DNA from: Alphaproteobacteria bacterium
GTDB lineage: Bacteria; Pseudomonadota; Alphaproteobacteria; UBA828
DNA length: 64,000 nucleotides
Direction of reading: 5' to 3'
Assembly: GCA_963422645.2 (NCBI GenBank)
Contig: CAXXVO010000012.1
Location: 1-64,000, forward strand
Positions 1-10,833 of the stretch are shown here, piece after piece. How positions within the stretch are numbered: the stretch's first letter is position 1; the number at the start of each line of letters is the position of its first letter. A model generated the notes under the pieces. The model was not told the origin of the DNA. It saw nothing but the letters and a program-made list of their open reading frames with translations, and did no database searches. The position numbers and the translations under genes were made by a program.

Positions 1-795
1 ACGAAGGCTCTCGCGCGTAAGCGCGGACGGGTACAGGCGAAAGGTTCGGTCGTCAGCGGACAACCCGACGAACCGGCGGACTCGACCGTCGATCTCATCA
101 AGGATCTCTCTGAGCTGCGGAATTGCATCGATGGCCGGATCCAACTCCTCCATCGAGTCAAGCGTCTGCTCCCACATGGCGGATCGATCATCGTCCTTGA
201 GCTTCAGAATGATGTCGAGCAGGGAGCCTCGTTCCAGGCTGAGCGCTCTGGCCCCGGTCCTCAGCGCTCGCAGATAGATGAACCCGAATTGCCGCTTTGC
301 CGCGCGCGTGACCCTTACCCGGCGTGCTTCGTCATCCACCGGCGGACTGGCGAAGTAGGTCTCAGCCCTGAATTCGTCCTCCTCAATATCATAGGCACCT
401 TCGAACTTGATCCGAAGAGCCGGCACGACTTCGTCACCGTCGACATCTTCCGGAGCAGCCGTCTCATCCAGGAGCTCGTCGGTCGCTGTATTCCAATACT
501 CGAGATGAATCCGGAACCTGGTGAGAACGTCCTTCGTCAGGTTGGTAAGCACGACTTCCAATTCGACAAGGATGGGAACTCCATCGTCGCCCAGGTAGCG
601 GCGCTCAAAGAAGTCATGCTCGTCTATTGGGCTGCTTCGAGACAGGCGATCCGGCCCGAGCAAGAGATCCAAAGCCTCACAGAGGGTCGACTTGCCGACG
701 CTGTTTCCGCCAATGATGACGGTGTGACCGGGGAAAAGGACTTCACCGTCGGCGACGCTGCGGAAGTTTGAGAGCTTGAGGCGGCGTATCCTCAT
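1..795 (-). CDS. OLD-family ATP-dependent nuclease (ABC-ATPase N-terminus), runs off window edge
   Basis: Hand-translated, not in ORF track. ATG at 795, open to base 1: MRIRRLKLSNFRSV...IIGGNSVGKSTLCEALDLLLGPDRL...IDEHDFF; Walker A GxNxxGKS; FIYLRALRTGARALSLERGSLLD. Confidence 0.8.
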   Translation of the reverse strand, partial: MRIRRLKLSNFRSVADGEVLFPGHTVIIGGNSVGKSTLCEALDLLLGPDRLSRSSPIDEHDFFERRYLGDDGVPILVELEVVLTNLTKDVLTRFRIHLEYWNTATDELLDETAAPEDVDGDEVVPALRIKFEGAYDIEEDEFRAETYFASPPVDDEARRVRVTRAAKRQFGFIYLRALRTGARALSLERGSLLDIILKLKDDDRSAMWEQTLDSMEELDPAIDAIPQLREILDEIDGRVRRFVGLSADDRTFRLYPSALTRESLR

Positions 796-856
796 ACATC
801 ATCCCCGGGAGGCCCGGCCGGCGCTGGAGGGTTACCATATTCTATGGCAGAGTGGA

Positions 857-1654
857 TCACGATAGTGGCAGCTTAACGAGATATCGATTCCCGATCAGGG
901 ACATGAAATGCTCTTCGATCCGGCGCGCGACAGACTGCGAATCCACGAGCAGGCCGAGTTCGATGTTTCGTTCCTGCGCCGCTTCCGTAAAATTGGCCGA
1001 CGTCACGAGCGCTTGCCGACCGTCAATGACCACGCACTTGGCATGCATCGAACTGGCCGTGCGGCCTGCGGGTTCCAGCGACCGGGGGTCGTAGTAGACG
1101 CGCGGCAGGCGATTGCCGGGCCATTCGTTGCGAACGAATTCGTTTGCGAAGCGCCGTAGGATGTCGCGGTCGATGGAAGTATCGCCGTGCTGACGGCGGA
1201 CATCGATGCACAGGGTTGCCTCAAGAGACTCGTCGTTGTCGAGCCGGTCGGCCAAGGCCTTGAACACGGATTTTCCCTGACGCACCGCGAAACCGACGGC
1301 CAACGCTCGCTCGCGCGCCTTGCCGAACAGTTGTCGCATGACGACGCTGGTATCGCGTGCGCTGCCGGTCGCATCCGGGCCGCTGACGACCACTTCGACG
1401 GGCAATGAGGAGCCGCCGGTCGATTGTGCACCGGCGGCGAAGGCGCGAAGCAGGAGCGCGATGTGGGCGGACGGCATGTCTCTCGCGATGAGTTCCCCGA
1501 CGTATTGCGCCAGCAGTGCGGCGTGATCGGCGGCGATGTGGTCGCGCAGCGACAGCGCAGTCACGGGCGGTGACAGAAGCCCGGCCTCCAGCAGACCGGC
1601 CAGTCGGATGAGATCCTGACCGTCGGCTGCCGACAGGGCATCGAATTCCGTCAC
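857..1654 (-). CDS. drmC: DISARM phospholipase D-family nuclease DrmC
   Basis: HKD motif HAKCVVID...TSANFT...NIELG; GTG start overlaps drmB stop (GTGA); last gene of the drm cluster. Confidence 0.88.
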   Translation of the reverse strand: MTEFDALSAADGQDLIRLAGLLEAGLLSPPVTALSLRDHIAADHAALLAQYVGELIARDMPSAHIALLLRAFAAGAQSTGGSSLPVEVVVSGPDATGSARDTSVVMRQLFGKARERALAVGFAVRQGKSVFKALADRLDNDESLEATLCIDVRRQHGDTSIDRDILRRFANEFVRNEWPGNRLPRVYYDPRSLEPAGRTASSMHAKCVVIDGRQALVTSANFTEAAQERNIELGLLVDSQSVARRIEEHFMSLIGNRYLVKLPLS

Positions 1655-3459
1655 GACCCGTGCTCGGAGAGATCGAAGAACGCGGCATCCCCGGGACCGA
1701 CTGTCGGAACGACAAGCGCCCGGTCGAGGAAATCGTTGCGGTGCTCGCAGCTCGTCTCCGAGGTCAGCAGGCAACCGTGGCAGGCGGCTCCCTGCAACAA
1801 ACGCCCCTCGAACTGCGAGTTTGGTCCATGTTCCGCGCACACCGGGTCGTTGGAGCACAATCGGCCGTCGTCGACGGCGCGACGAAGATGGGCGTCGAGG
1901 CGCCGGCCCGTTTCCACCAGCCCGCCCAGCGTCCCCTCGGAGTCCGACGATCCCGTGTAGATCAGGATGCCGTAACCGTCTTCACTGGCATAGACGCGTT
2001 CGCGCAAAGAGCTGGCCGGGTAGCCGCAATCGAGTGCGATCGAGGTCATCAGCATGTGCGAGAGGGAGTGGAGCATGACATAGGCCAGTCCGGGGAACCC
2101 GTCTTCGGGGCGATGGCGCTCGGCGGCCCATGCGCGCCAGCCCTCCAGAAGCCGGCGTCCGCGATCCTGGACGCCGGGTCGGGCGAGCCATTTCTCCATC
2201 GCCTCGGCCCTGAAGGAAAGAAAGATTCCCTCGCCACGATTCTCAACCGCGGGCAGCCAGGTGATGGTTTCGGCGAGCGATGCCCTGGCCACGTCCAGGT
2301 CGAGCTCCCCGTCCTTGTCCGGGCTGATCGCCTCGAAACGGGTGAACCCGAGCAGCGCCACGACTTCGCGCAGCCGGTGCACCAGCACCAGCTTGTCGAT
2401 GGCCGCGAGCAGGAGATCCTGGTCTGGATCCCAGTCCACGCGCGCCAATGTTTCGGCAAAGAACCTGGAACGCGGATCGTCTTCGCCGATGAAGTTGTCG
2501 CCCTTGTCGAGTATCTCGAACTCGGCGGTCTTGACTGGAACGTCCTCCCGCTCTCCCTCGCCGTGTTGGCGGCGGTATTCGGCGAGCACGGTCTCGTCGT
2601 CGGTGTCGGCGAACGCGGCGGCGAGCTCCGGAAGCATCCGGAAGTTCTGCAGTGCGCCCAAATCGTCGGCCGCTTTCAGCCGGTCGTAGTGCGCCGAGAC
2701 TTTCGCGGCCATCCCGGCGTCGAACTCCGGCAGCGAGATGACGCTCATCGTCTGCGGGAAATACGCGTTGCTCGCCGTGCGCACGAGCAGCCGATAGGGC
2801 TCGCCGCAGGCTTCCCGCGCGAATTGCCCGATCCACGGCCTCTTGCCCTCGCAGTGGCCGAGGGCGCCCGTGCCGGGGCCCGAGGCCTCGTAGAGCGAGC
2901 GCTCCTCGCCGCAGTCGCAAACGCCGAAGGTATCGCCGATGTCCGCGCCCGTGCCGCGTTCCTCGAGCCAGAGCGGGCGCTCGCATGTCCTCCCGCTCTG
3001 GTGGACGAACCGGCGCCAGTCCAGATCATCGATATGGCCGCGTCGGCAGCCGCAGACGAACCGTACAGGGACCACCGGCTTGCGCTTGCCGTCTTCGTCG
3101 CGGAACCGGCGTCTGTCCAGGTGGCCCCATCGAACCAGTCGGCGGCGGCGCCACTGCGGGTCGCGGGGCGAGGGTCTGGCGTCCTTGACGATGAACCAGG
3201 TCGGGAATATGCGTGCGCCGACGGGCGCGGTCTGTGGGGCGTTCTCCTCGTGGCGCGGCGGCGTCCAGAGCTCAAGCGAGGGGAGGTCCAGCAACCGCCG
3301 AAGCTTGGCGGCAAGACGCGGCTCGTCGACCTTCTCCCGCCGCAGGTGGGACCAGTCCTGAAGGCCGGAGACAATGATCGAGTGGTCGGGAAGGTCGATC
3401 ATCGCTCCCGGCCCGTAGGTCGTGATCAACTGGCTCTGGCGAATTATGTTGTCGGCCAT
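1651..3459 (-). CDS. drmB: DISARM DUF1998 protein DrmB
   Basis: N-terminal RQSQLITTYGPGAMIDLP; C-terminal LHSLSH...CGYPASSLRER...CSNDPVC...GAACHGC. Confidence 0.92.
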   Translation of the reverse strand: MADNIIRQSQLITTYGPGAMIDLPDHSIIVSGLQDWSHLRREKVDEPRLAAKLRRLLDLPSLELWTPPRHEENAPQTAPVGARIFPTWFIVKDARPSPRDPQWRRRRLVRWGHLDRRRFRDEDGKRKPVVPVRFVCGCRRGHIDDLDWRRFVHQSGRTCERPLWLEERGTGADIGDTFGVCDCGEERSLYEASGPGTGALGHCEGKRPWIGQFAREACGEPYRLLVRTASNAYFPQTMSVISLPEFDAGMAAKVSAHYDRLKAADDLGALQNFRMLPELAAAFADTDDETVLAEYRRQHGEGEREDVPVKTAEFEILDKGDNFIGEDDPRSRFFAETLARVDWDPDQDLLLAAIDKLVLVHRLREVVALLGFTRFEAISPDKDGELDLDVARASLAETITWLPAVENRGEGIFLSFRAEAMEKWLARPGVQDRGRRLLEGWRAWAAERHRPEDGFPGLAYVMLHSLSHMLMTSIALDCGYPASSLRERVYASEDGYGILIYTGSSDSEGTLGGLVETGRRLDAHLRRAVDDGRLCSNDPVCAEHGPNSQFEGRLLQGAACHGCLLTSETSCEHRNDFLDRALVVPTVGPGDAAFFDLSEHGS

Positions 3460-3466
3460 CGGGCGC

Positions 3467-6400
3467 CTACTGGATATCCTGACCTTCGGGGGTCTTGATG
3501 CCGAGCAGCACGCCCGGTTCGACGTCGCGCAACGAACGCGGCGCCCGGAATCGAAGCTGCGTGTCGTTGAGCACATCGCGGTCCGGGTCGATCATCTCGC
3601 GCAACAGGGGCGTGGACGTGCCGCTGTCTCGGCCCCGTGCATAGCCGAACGCCACCCCGCCCTGTCCGGCTTCGTGGGCGAGCCTCGCCCAATCGTCGAC
3701 GAGGCTTTGGACGCGGTTTCCGACATGAGCGGCGAAGCCGTCGGGAAGTCCGTCGGCATGATTGCGCGCCCGTTCGCCCACCGCCCGGGCCAGGGCGGCG
3801 GTCTCCGTGCCGTGGTTCTCGACGCTCCCCGCCGCCAGCATCGGGGTCAGCTCCGGGACGCCGAGCCTTGCCAGGGCAACCGTGACCGCCGGCAGGGCGC
3901 GGTCCATGGCGCGCGGGGAGAATGGGGTGACGCTGCTCGCCTCGACGCCGCGATAGAAGGACTCGTGCCAGACGGCGAATCGCTCGTAGTGCGAGCGGTC
4001 GCGCGGCTTGTGGATATTGAGAAGAGTCACGACCAGACCGGGCCGTGCGGGGTCGCGGCCGACCCGGCTTGTGGCCTGGATGTACTCGGCCGTGGTCTTC
4101 GGCTGACCGGAGACAAGCATCAGACCGAGCCGCGTAATGTCGAGACCGACGGAGATCATGTTCGTGGCCATAGCCACGTCCACATGGTCGCTGTCCGCGA
4201 AGCCGAGGGAGAGCCGACGCTTGGCTTCGGCGACATCGGCGGTCCCGACACGCGAGGTCAGCTCGACCGGCTCGAAAGCGATCTGTCGGTTGGCGAACAG
4301 CCCGTCTGCCTCGTCGAGGCGTTTGCGGTTGGCGTAGGTCAGGAGGCGGGAGCCGATCTCGTCCTCGACGATGCGCCGCGCGCTGCCCAGCTCGCGCAGG
4401 GCGTTGAAGTACGCGACGGCCGTCATGTACGGATCGGCGGGATTGATGCCGGCGCCCCTCGCCGCGGCGTCCCAGGCGGCCTGCGCCGCGGCAATCAGCG
4501 TGATCGTGCTTCGCAGGAAGATGACCTTCGGTCCCCGCCCCTGCGCGGCGATGCCGAGATAGAGCCGCGCGTTCGCTTGGTCTTCCGGGACCTGCCTGGC
4601 GAAGAACGAATCCCGCCGATCGATCCCGGGAGCGGGGAACACCGCCACCAACCGGCGGTCGAAAAGGGCGCGGATCTGCTTGGTCGCCAAGCGCACGGTC
4701 GCGGTCGATGCAATGATCTTTGGACGCACTTCCCCGCCGTCGATGGCGCGTCGGCAAAGATGGTCCACGGCCGTCTCGTACAGTCCCGCCATGGTGCCGA
4801 GGGGGCCCGAGATGAGATGCAGCTCGTCCTGGATGATGAGATCGGGCGGGCGCGGATCGTTCGGATCGCCGCCCCGGAAGAATCCCGCCGTCTCTCCGCT
4901 CCACGGCATGGCGGCGAACTTGTCGGCGGTCGCGATCATGAAGGCAGGCAGGCGTCCGTAGATGGGCTCGTCCACCGCGACGATCGGCAGGTGGCGCCTA
5001 CGTCCCGCGAAGTCGCAGCGCCGGCTCGCACAGCACACCAGCAGGTTTGTCGGGCTGTCGGTATCGGGCGTGAGCCGGAAGGAATGTTTGCTGAACTTCG
5101 TGCCGCACCAGGGACACCGGTCCAGGGGCAACGGAGGGTCGCGGGACGTATCGCGGGCAAAACGCAGGGTCCGGGCGCGTGCGGTCTTGTCGGACGAATC
5201 GCCCTTCCGGCCCATGTGGTTGGGCGTCGCCGCGCGGCCCACCCAGAGCGCAATCTCGAACGGCCAGGCGCCGAGCCGGTCCGGCGCTGCCTCGCGTTCC
5301 AGCTCAAGGGCGCAGATCAGCGCCGCGGCACGCCCAAGCTGGTCAAGGGTCAGGAGCCGGAGCGTGTAGCGCATCAGCACCGAGAGGCCGCGATGCACGG
5401 GGTCGGGATCGCGCAGCCGGCGAAGGACCAGCGTGAACGCCGCCAGTCCGAGATAGGCTTCCGTCTTGCCGCCGCCGGTGGGGAAGAACAGGAGGTCGAC
5501 AATCTCGCGCTCGACATGGGTGGGCTCGGCGATGCCGCGCAGGTTCATCAAAATGTAGGCGAGCTGAAAGGGGCGCCAAGCGGGCGGGTCTGCCGCCTTG
5601 GGCGCGATGCCCTCCTCCTGCGCCCTTCGCCGCCGGGCCGCCGCGGCCATGGCGCGGTTTGCGATGCGAAACGCGTCCAGCAGATCGGGATCGTCGAGCA
5701 GGTCGATGCCGGCCTGGATGCGACCCGCCGCACGGGTGGCCCGGCTCACCAGCTCGTCGGCGACCTCCCTTCGTCGGTCCGAGAAGGCTTGTGCGTGTTC
5801 GCTCTGGCATTCGATCCAGGCACGATAAGCGTCGACCAGCGGGGCCAGTGAGCGCTTGGCATCCGCCGCATCGTTCAGCGCGCCCAGCGCCTCCATGCCG
5901 AACTCGACACCGGGGATATGCGACGGTTCCACACGCTCCACCACGGCCCGGGGCATCCACTCGGTATGCACTAGGCGACATTCGCCATCGGTCGTTTCGG
6001 CGCGCACGGAAACGTTGTGGCCGACGGCGTATTCCGCCGCGTCCCGATAATGCAGGTCGGCGAGACGCTCGTCCCAGTCGTCGCTGTCGAGGCCGCGCGG
6101 ATCGCGGCGCGGGACGAACGGCCCGTCCGCTTCCACGGTCATCTCGACCTGGAACGCGAAAGCGGTGTCCTGCACATCGTCGTCCTCAGCGGGCGACCTT
6201 CGATTGACGGCGAACAGGGAAACAGCGCGGATGTCGCGATTGCCTTCTATTCCTCGTACCCGCGTTGGCCGAACCAGGCAGGCAAGCTCGAGACCACCGC
6301 TCTCCGGCACGTCGAACCGAACCGGCGTTCCAACTTGAACCGACTCGAGATCGACATCGACGGTGGCTGCACGTGGTCGGCGGACCCAAGGCGCGAATCG

Positions 6401-6859
6401 GCGCCGGGCTGTCCCTGCGTCCGCTTCGCCGCCGGGTTCTTCGCTGACGTCTACGGCATCGCTTGCCGTTTCTTCTTCGGGTGTGTAGTCGCCCCAGGAA
6501 AGCGTGATACGGAGGCGTTTGGCGGCCGCGTCCACCAAAGCGCTGAGCCCCATGGACGAGGGCAGAAAGACGCGCTTGCTGCTGCCCCGCTCCGGCGCGC
6601 TTGCGTCGGTGGTGGCCTGTGTCGGCTCGGACGGCTCGTCGAGCTCTTCTTCAGCGTCCTGCGCCCGTTGCGCGTCCGGCGCGCCCGTCGGCGCCAGGAA
6701 GCCGGTCAGGTACCAGCGGACTGGCGCATGTGGCAGGCGCTCGTGCTGAAGAGCCTCGTCTCGCGGGCGCGGTCCGATCAGGTCGAGCCGCAACGCCTCC
6801 ACCAGATAGTCGCGGACGGAGGCACTGTCGCCGAAGGTGGGGGTAGGGGCCGAGCTCAT
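3467..6859 (-). CDS. drmA: DISARM helicase DrmA
   Basis: FPTGGGKTEAY, RYTLRLLT, QDELH, ATNMISVGLDI, YIQATSRVGR, RDRSHYE. Confidence 0.92.
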   Translation of the reverse strand: MSSAPTPTFGDSASVRDYLVEALRLDLIGPRPRDEALQHERLPHAPVRWYLTGFLAPTGAPDAQRAQDAEEELDEPSEPTQATTDASAPERGSSKRVFLPSSMGLSALVDAAAKRLRITLSWGDYTPEEETASDAVDVSEEPGGEADAGTARRRFAPWVRRPRAATVDVDLESVQVGTPVRFDVPESGGLELACLVRPTRVRGIEGNRDIRAVSLFAVNRRSPAEDDDVQDTAFAFQVEMTVEADGPFVPRRDPRGLDSDDWDERLADLHYRDAAEYAVGHNVSVRAETTDGECRLVHTEWMPRAVVERVEPSHIPGVEFGMEALGALNDAADAKRSLAPLVDAYRAWIECQSEHAQAFSDRRREVADELVSRATRAAGRIQAGIDLLDDPDLLDAFRIANRAMAAAARRRRAQEEGIAPKAADPPAWRPFQLAYILMNLRGIAEPTHVEREIVDLLFFPTGGGKTEAYLGLAAFTLVLRRLRDPDPVHRGLSVLMRYTLRLLTLDQLGRAAALICALELEREAAPDRLGAWPFEIALWVGRAATPNHMGRKGDSSDKTARARTLRFARDTSRDPPLPLDRCPWCGTKFSKHSFRLTPDTDSPTNLLVCCASRRCDFAGRRRHLPIVAVDEPIYGRLPAFMIATADKFAAMPWSGETAGFFRGGDPNDPRPPDLIIQDELHLISGPLGTMAGLYETAVDHLCRRAIDGGEVRPKIIASTATVRLATKQIRALFDRRLVAVFPAPGIDRRDSFFARQVPEDQANARLYLGIAAQGRGPKVIFLRSTITLIAAAQAAWDAAARGAGINPADPYMTAVAYFNALRELGSARRIVEDEIGSRLLTYANRKRLDEADGLFANRQIAFEPVELTSRVGTADVAEAKRRLSLGFADSDHVDVAMATNMISVGLDITRLGLMLVSGQPKTTAEYIQATSRVGRDPARPGLVVTLLNIHKPRDRSHYERFAVWHESFYRGVEASSVTPFSPRAMDRALPAVTVALARLGVPELTPMLAAGSVENHGTETAALARAVGERARNHADGLPDGFAAHVGNRVQSLVDDWARLAHEAGQGGVAFGYARGRDSGTSTPLLREMIDPDRDVLNDTQLRFRAPRSLRDVEPGVLLGIKTPEGQDIQ

Positions 6860-9800
6860 GAGGCGGCCCTGAAATTCCCGACCCGAAGGCGAACATCGCT
6901 TCCGGCCATCCGTTTCTCGGCCGCGCGCTCGGCGTTCAAGGCCAGAAGACGCGCGAGCACCTCGTTGCGGACTTCATCAGGCCAGCGGTAGCGCCAGGGC
7001 TTCTTCTTCCTGCCCCGGGTCTCGTCGCCGATTGCGTAGTCGAGCAGAAATTCGCAGTCGGTCGGGATGTCGTCCCAGCCGTAGACGTGGAGGACGGCAC
7101 GGTCCATCGCCGCATGAAGCCTGCGCAGCTCAGCTATCCGTGCGTCACGCTCGTCGGGATCGTGGAAGCGGTTGTAGGTCTTGGTGAGGCCCTCGTCGTT
7201 CTCGACCATCAACGCGGCGCGGAAGTCGTAGTACGTTCTGCCGGCGGCTTCGATGTCGGGGTGGGTCTCCCAGCCTTCGGGGAAGGGGAAGGACTCGAAG
7301 CAGTCGGATGGGGTGTAGCGCAGATCGTCCTTCATCGACGAGCCGAAGAAGCGCGCCCAGATCTCGTGGGGGCGAGACTGGAGGGCGCAGAAGGCGGCGT
7401 GGGTGGTGAAGGGGAAGATGATCGTCGTTTCTGCGTAGACCATGCTGTTCGGTAGAAACGCGAACGCCGCGTGCTGGCCGATCCTGGAGATTGCCAAAGC
7501 CCGTTCAAGCCCTGCGGTGGAGGCATACAACTCCTTGGCAAGCGAGCCGTATTGCCACCAGAACTTGGCACGTTTACGCCCGATAGCATTATTGGTGAGG
7601 TGCGCACGCTCTGGCTTCGCCCGCTCCTCAACAATCTCGATCAACTCCGGCCAGTCCGCCGCCACTGGCTCGGGGTAGTCCAGCGGTACGATCCCCTCGC
7701 GGCGCCAGTTTCGGCGCTGATCGCCGGCGGCGTCCCGCCAGGTCGCGCCAAGATCGGCGCGGCGTAGCGGCCAGTCGCGGAAGTTGATGGCGTAACGATG
7801 GTGTGCGTGGGTGGGGCTGGTGTTGATCTCCTCGCCGCCGATGTAGGGGAAGATGACATCGCGGTTGCGCGGGTCTTCCTCGACCAGTCGCCGCATCTCG
7901 ACGAGCGGCGTGGCGACACCCTTCCTGTCGGTGTCGTCGAAGGTGAAGCCCATGCCGAGAACATAGCTGCCCACGAAGCTCTTGCCGGCGTTCGCCTTGA
8001 GCCTTTCCGGGTCGTCATGACCGCCGTCATGGAACAGGAACGCGGAGATGGTTTCCACGTCCCGCCCATCCAGCGTTCGCGGACCGGACCGGGCTCCCTT
8101 GGCGATATGAATCACGCTCACCACCACGGCTGCCTCGCCGGGCCACTTGAGCCGACGCCGGGCACGGTAGATGTGGCCGCCGTTCTTGCAGATCCAGCGC
8201 AGGCCGGTCGAGCGCGTATCGCCCTGCCCAATGGTATTCGTGGCGATGAGACCGAGCGTGCCTCTCTCCCGCAAGAGGTTGAACGCGCGACGGTAGAAAT
8301 GCGCCACGAGGTCGGAGTTGCCGTGGCTCCCGGCATGAATCTGCTTAAGCCAGTCGGGGTAGCCGGCGGCGTTTGCAGCCGCGACTGTATTCTTGCCGGC
8401 GAATGGCGGGTTGCCCACGACCGCATCGAAACCCGGGTTCTCGCGGTTGAACACCTCAGGAAACTCCAGCTCCCAGTGAAAGGGTTCGACCGGCAGTCTC
8501 GTCGCCGCGCCCGACGCGGCTGCGGCTTGGCCCGCCTCAAGCAGCAGACCCGCAAATGTGAGTCGCTTGCTCTCACGCTCCTTCGGTTTCCCTCCTTCAA
8601 AGAACGCTGTCAATACCAGGTCGGCGACCTCGCGAACGTTCCCGAGTTCGCGGTCGGCTTCGTCCAGAAGTTCACGCAGTTCGTGTTCGGGAGCCCCGTC
8701 GCCGAGTTCGCGGATCAACTGGCGCAATTCTGAAACCTGCGCCACATGCCTCTGGACCTCCGGTGTCTCTGTACCGAACTGAAAGCGCGGCGCCTCCGCA
8801 TCCCAATGGAATCCTTCGATCTGGTTGCGGGTGAGGCCAACCAGCGAATCCCCGTGACGCAGGGTGTGATTGATGAAGGTGAACTCATGATCGCGTGCGA
8901 GCGTGGCCAACCACAGCGCCAGCCGCGCGAGGTCGATGGCCATGGGATTCCTGTCGACGCCATAAAGGCAACGCTGGGCGACGAGACGCCGGGCGTGAAG
9001 CAGCTCATCCTCGTCGGCGGGCAACTGCGGCGGCCCGCCGTGTTTGCTCCAGGCTTCGACCAGTCGCTCGGACAGTTGGCGGCAGGCCTCGACCAGAAAG
9101 GCGCCCGAACCCGTCGCCGGATCGAGTACCTTGAGATCGAGAATGTCCCGTGGTCGAGCGTTCGGCCCCAAGCGTTCTAATATTGGCCGCAGGGCTTCGG
9201 AAACGATCGGCTCGGTAAGGGAGCGGGGCGTGTAATGGCTTCCGGACCGTCGGCGCTCGTCCGTGGGCTGAAGAACGGGCGTTCCGCCGGGCACGATGTC
9301 TGGCGTTACATCTCGGTCTACCGCTCGTTCGAGAGCAGCCACGACATCTTCGGCCGTGGATGCGCCGCGGAGCGCGGCGGCGGCGATGCCCGCCAGTTTC
9401 CGGTCGGTCCGATCCTGAAGCTCTCTGGCTCGTTTGCTGCCGTCCAGTTCGAGCAGGCTGTCGAGATCGACGATGACTGCGGCACCGGTGCGTTTCGGCG
9501 ACGCCACGGCGATGGAGCGCCCGGTCGTCAGCTCGACGCGGAATCCCATGACGGCCTCGTAGACCGAACCGATCTGCTCGACATCAAGCGTGCGGTAGGA
9601 CAACCGCTCGCCGTCCAGCACCATGAGCGACCGCAGCACATTCCAGACGGTCGCGTCAGGGACCATGGGAATCGCCGGGTCGTCGCCCACTCCGCGACCT
9701 TCGAGGAACGGAAACCGGTCCGGATTGAACAGCGTGCCCTTACGCGCGACGAAAGAGAGCCCGGCGTGTCCGCCGCCGCCATGAATCAGACGGAACAACG

Positions 9801-10830
9801 CCAGCAGCTGCGCCCAGGCGCCGAAGCGCTGGTCCATGGTGTCAGGCCACGCCGCCGCATCGGAGCGCAGCCGGGCGAACAGACCGCCGAGGGAATAGTG
9901 CTGCTGGTAGACGGGATGGGCGGGCATGAGACCTCGGTCTTCGGCGTAGAGCACGAAGACCAGCCGCATCAGCGTCGCGATCAATCCGCCGTAAAGGCGA
10001 TCGGGATCGCGCCGCGCCAGCTCGGTGATCGTCCCAGCGCCGCGCCTGTCCGCCGTGACGAAGCCGCGCAGCAATTCGTGGAGCGCTGCAAGCACCTGCC
10101 GGGACAGTCTCGTGGAAACCTCGGCCTGCGCCTCGCGGCTCCTCGCCAGAAGTGCTGGCAGTCGAGCCTCGGCGTCGCCGCCGAAAAGCGCCTCTGCCGA
10201 CAGCAGCATGTCGAACGCGGCCAGGATGGGCCGGCCCGCCGACAGCGCCATCTGGGCGAACTCGAAGGTGATATGCCCGGACGACTCGCCTCGCGGCGCA
10301 TAGATCAGGCGGATTTGCTCGTCGGTGCAGAGCAGGCCCGTTGGAACGCCGGTTTCCCGTAGCAGTCGTTCGAACCGGGCATGACGGCTCGCATTCCAGC
10401 CGGCGCCGTCGTCGGGCGGCTGGTCGAAATCGACGCCTTCGTCCTCCACCCGGACGAGCATTGTCCATGCCGGGTCTGTGTCCCGGTCGCCCGGTACCGC
10501 CCAGGTGGGTGCGAGCACAGCTTGCAACTCCGGCAGGGAAATATCGAGCGTCTCCCGATGACTGGCCGAATTCACGAGGTCATCGTCCTCCCAGCCCAAC
10601 CAGTCCACGAACACTTTGCGCAAGTCGGGCGCACGCCAGCGGGCCGTGGCGCCAGTCCCATCCTCCTCAAGCAGTTCGCGAAAGTCCCGCTGCCGCCCCG
10701 AGATGTTGCGGTCGGGAACCACCTGGGCGTCGACCATCACGGTCGGCGCGACCACGAGGCCCACGGGCTGAACGAAACCCAGCCATTCCTGGTGGGCGAA
10801 GATCAGGTTGCGGCGTTCGCGATCCGCCAT
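6856..10830 (-). CDS. drmMI: DISARM N6-adenine DNA methyltransferase DrmMI
   Basis: GSHYTP, DPATGSGAF (motif I), GNPPF (motif IV), C-terminal target-recognition region; lies between drmD and drmA. Confidence 0.88.
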   Translation of the reverse strand: MADRERRNLIFAHQEWLGFVQPVGLVVAPTVMVDAQVVPDRNISGRQRDFRELLEEDGTGATARWRAPDLRKVFVDWLGWEDDDLVNSASHRETLDISLPELQAVLAPTWAVPGDRDTDPAWTMLVRVEDEGVDFDQPPDDGAGWNASRHARFERLLRETGVPTGLLCTDEQIRLIYAPRGESSGHITFEFAQMALSAGRPILAAFDMLLSAEALFGGDAEARLPALLARSREAQAEVSTRLSRQVLAALHELLRGFVTADRRGAGTITELARRDPDRLYGGLIATLMRLVFVLYAEDRGLMPAHPVYQQHYSLGGLFARLRSDAAAWPDTMDQRFGAWAQLLALFRLIHGGGGHAGLSFVARKGTLFNPDRFPFLEGRGVGDDPAIPMVPDATVWNVLRSLMVLDGERLSYRTLDVEQIGSVYEAVMGFRVELTTGRSIAVASPKRTGAAVIVDLDSLLELDGSKRARELQDRTDRKLAGIAAAALRGASTAEDVVAALERAVDRDVTPDIVPGGTPVLQPTDERRRSGSHYTPRSLTEPIVSEALRPILERLGPNARPRDILDLKVLDPATGSGAFLVEACRQLSERLVEAWSKHGGPPQLPADEDELLHARRLVAQRCLYGVDRNPMAIDLARLALWLATLARDHEFTFINHTLRHGDSLVGLTRNQIEGFHWDAEAPRFQFGTETPEVQRHVAQVSELRQLIRELGDGAPEHELRELLDEADRELGNVREVADLVLTAFFEGGKPKERESKRLTFAGLLLEAGQAAAASGAATRLPVEPFHWELEFPEVFNRENPGFDAVVGNPPFAGKNTVAAANAAGYPDWLKQIHAGSHGNSDLVAHFYRRAFNLLRERGTLGLIATNTIGQGDTRSTGLRWICKNGGHIYRARRRLKWPGEAAVVVSVIHIAKGARSGPRTLDGRDVETISAFLFHDGGHDDPERLKANAGKSFVGSYVLGMGFTFDDTDRKGVATPLVEMRRLVEEDPRNRDVIFPYIGGEEINTSPTHAHHRYAINFRDWPLRRADLGATWRDAAGDQRRNWRREGIVPLDYPEPVAADWPELIEIVEERAKPERAHLTNNAIGRKRAKFWWQYGSLAKELYASTAGLERALAISRIGQHAAFAFLPNSMVYAETTIIFPFTTHAAFCALQSRPHEIWARFFGSSMKDDLRYTPSDCFESFPFPEGWETHPDIEAAGRTYYDFRAALMVENDEGLTKTYNRFHDPDERDARIAELRRLHAAMDRAVLHVYGWDDIPTDCEFLLDYAIGDETRGRKKKPWRYRWPDEVRNEVLARLLALNAERAAEKRMAGSDVRLRVGNFRAAS

Positions 10831-10833
10831 GAT

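Noticed and set aside
289-771. 160-aa + strand ORF
   Set aside because: Antisense shadow of the OLD-family gene, which has clear motifs
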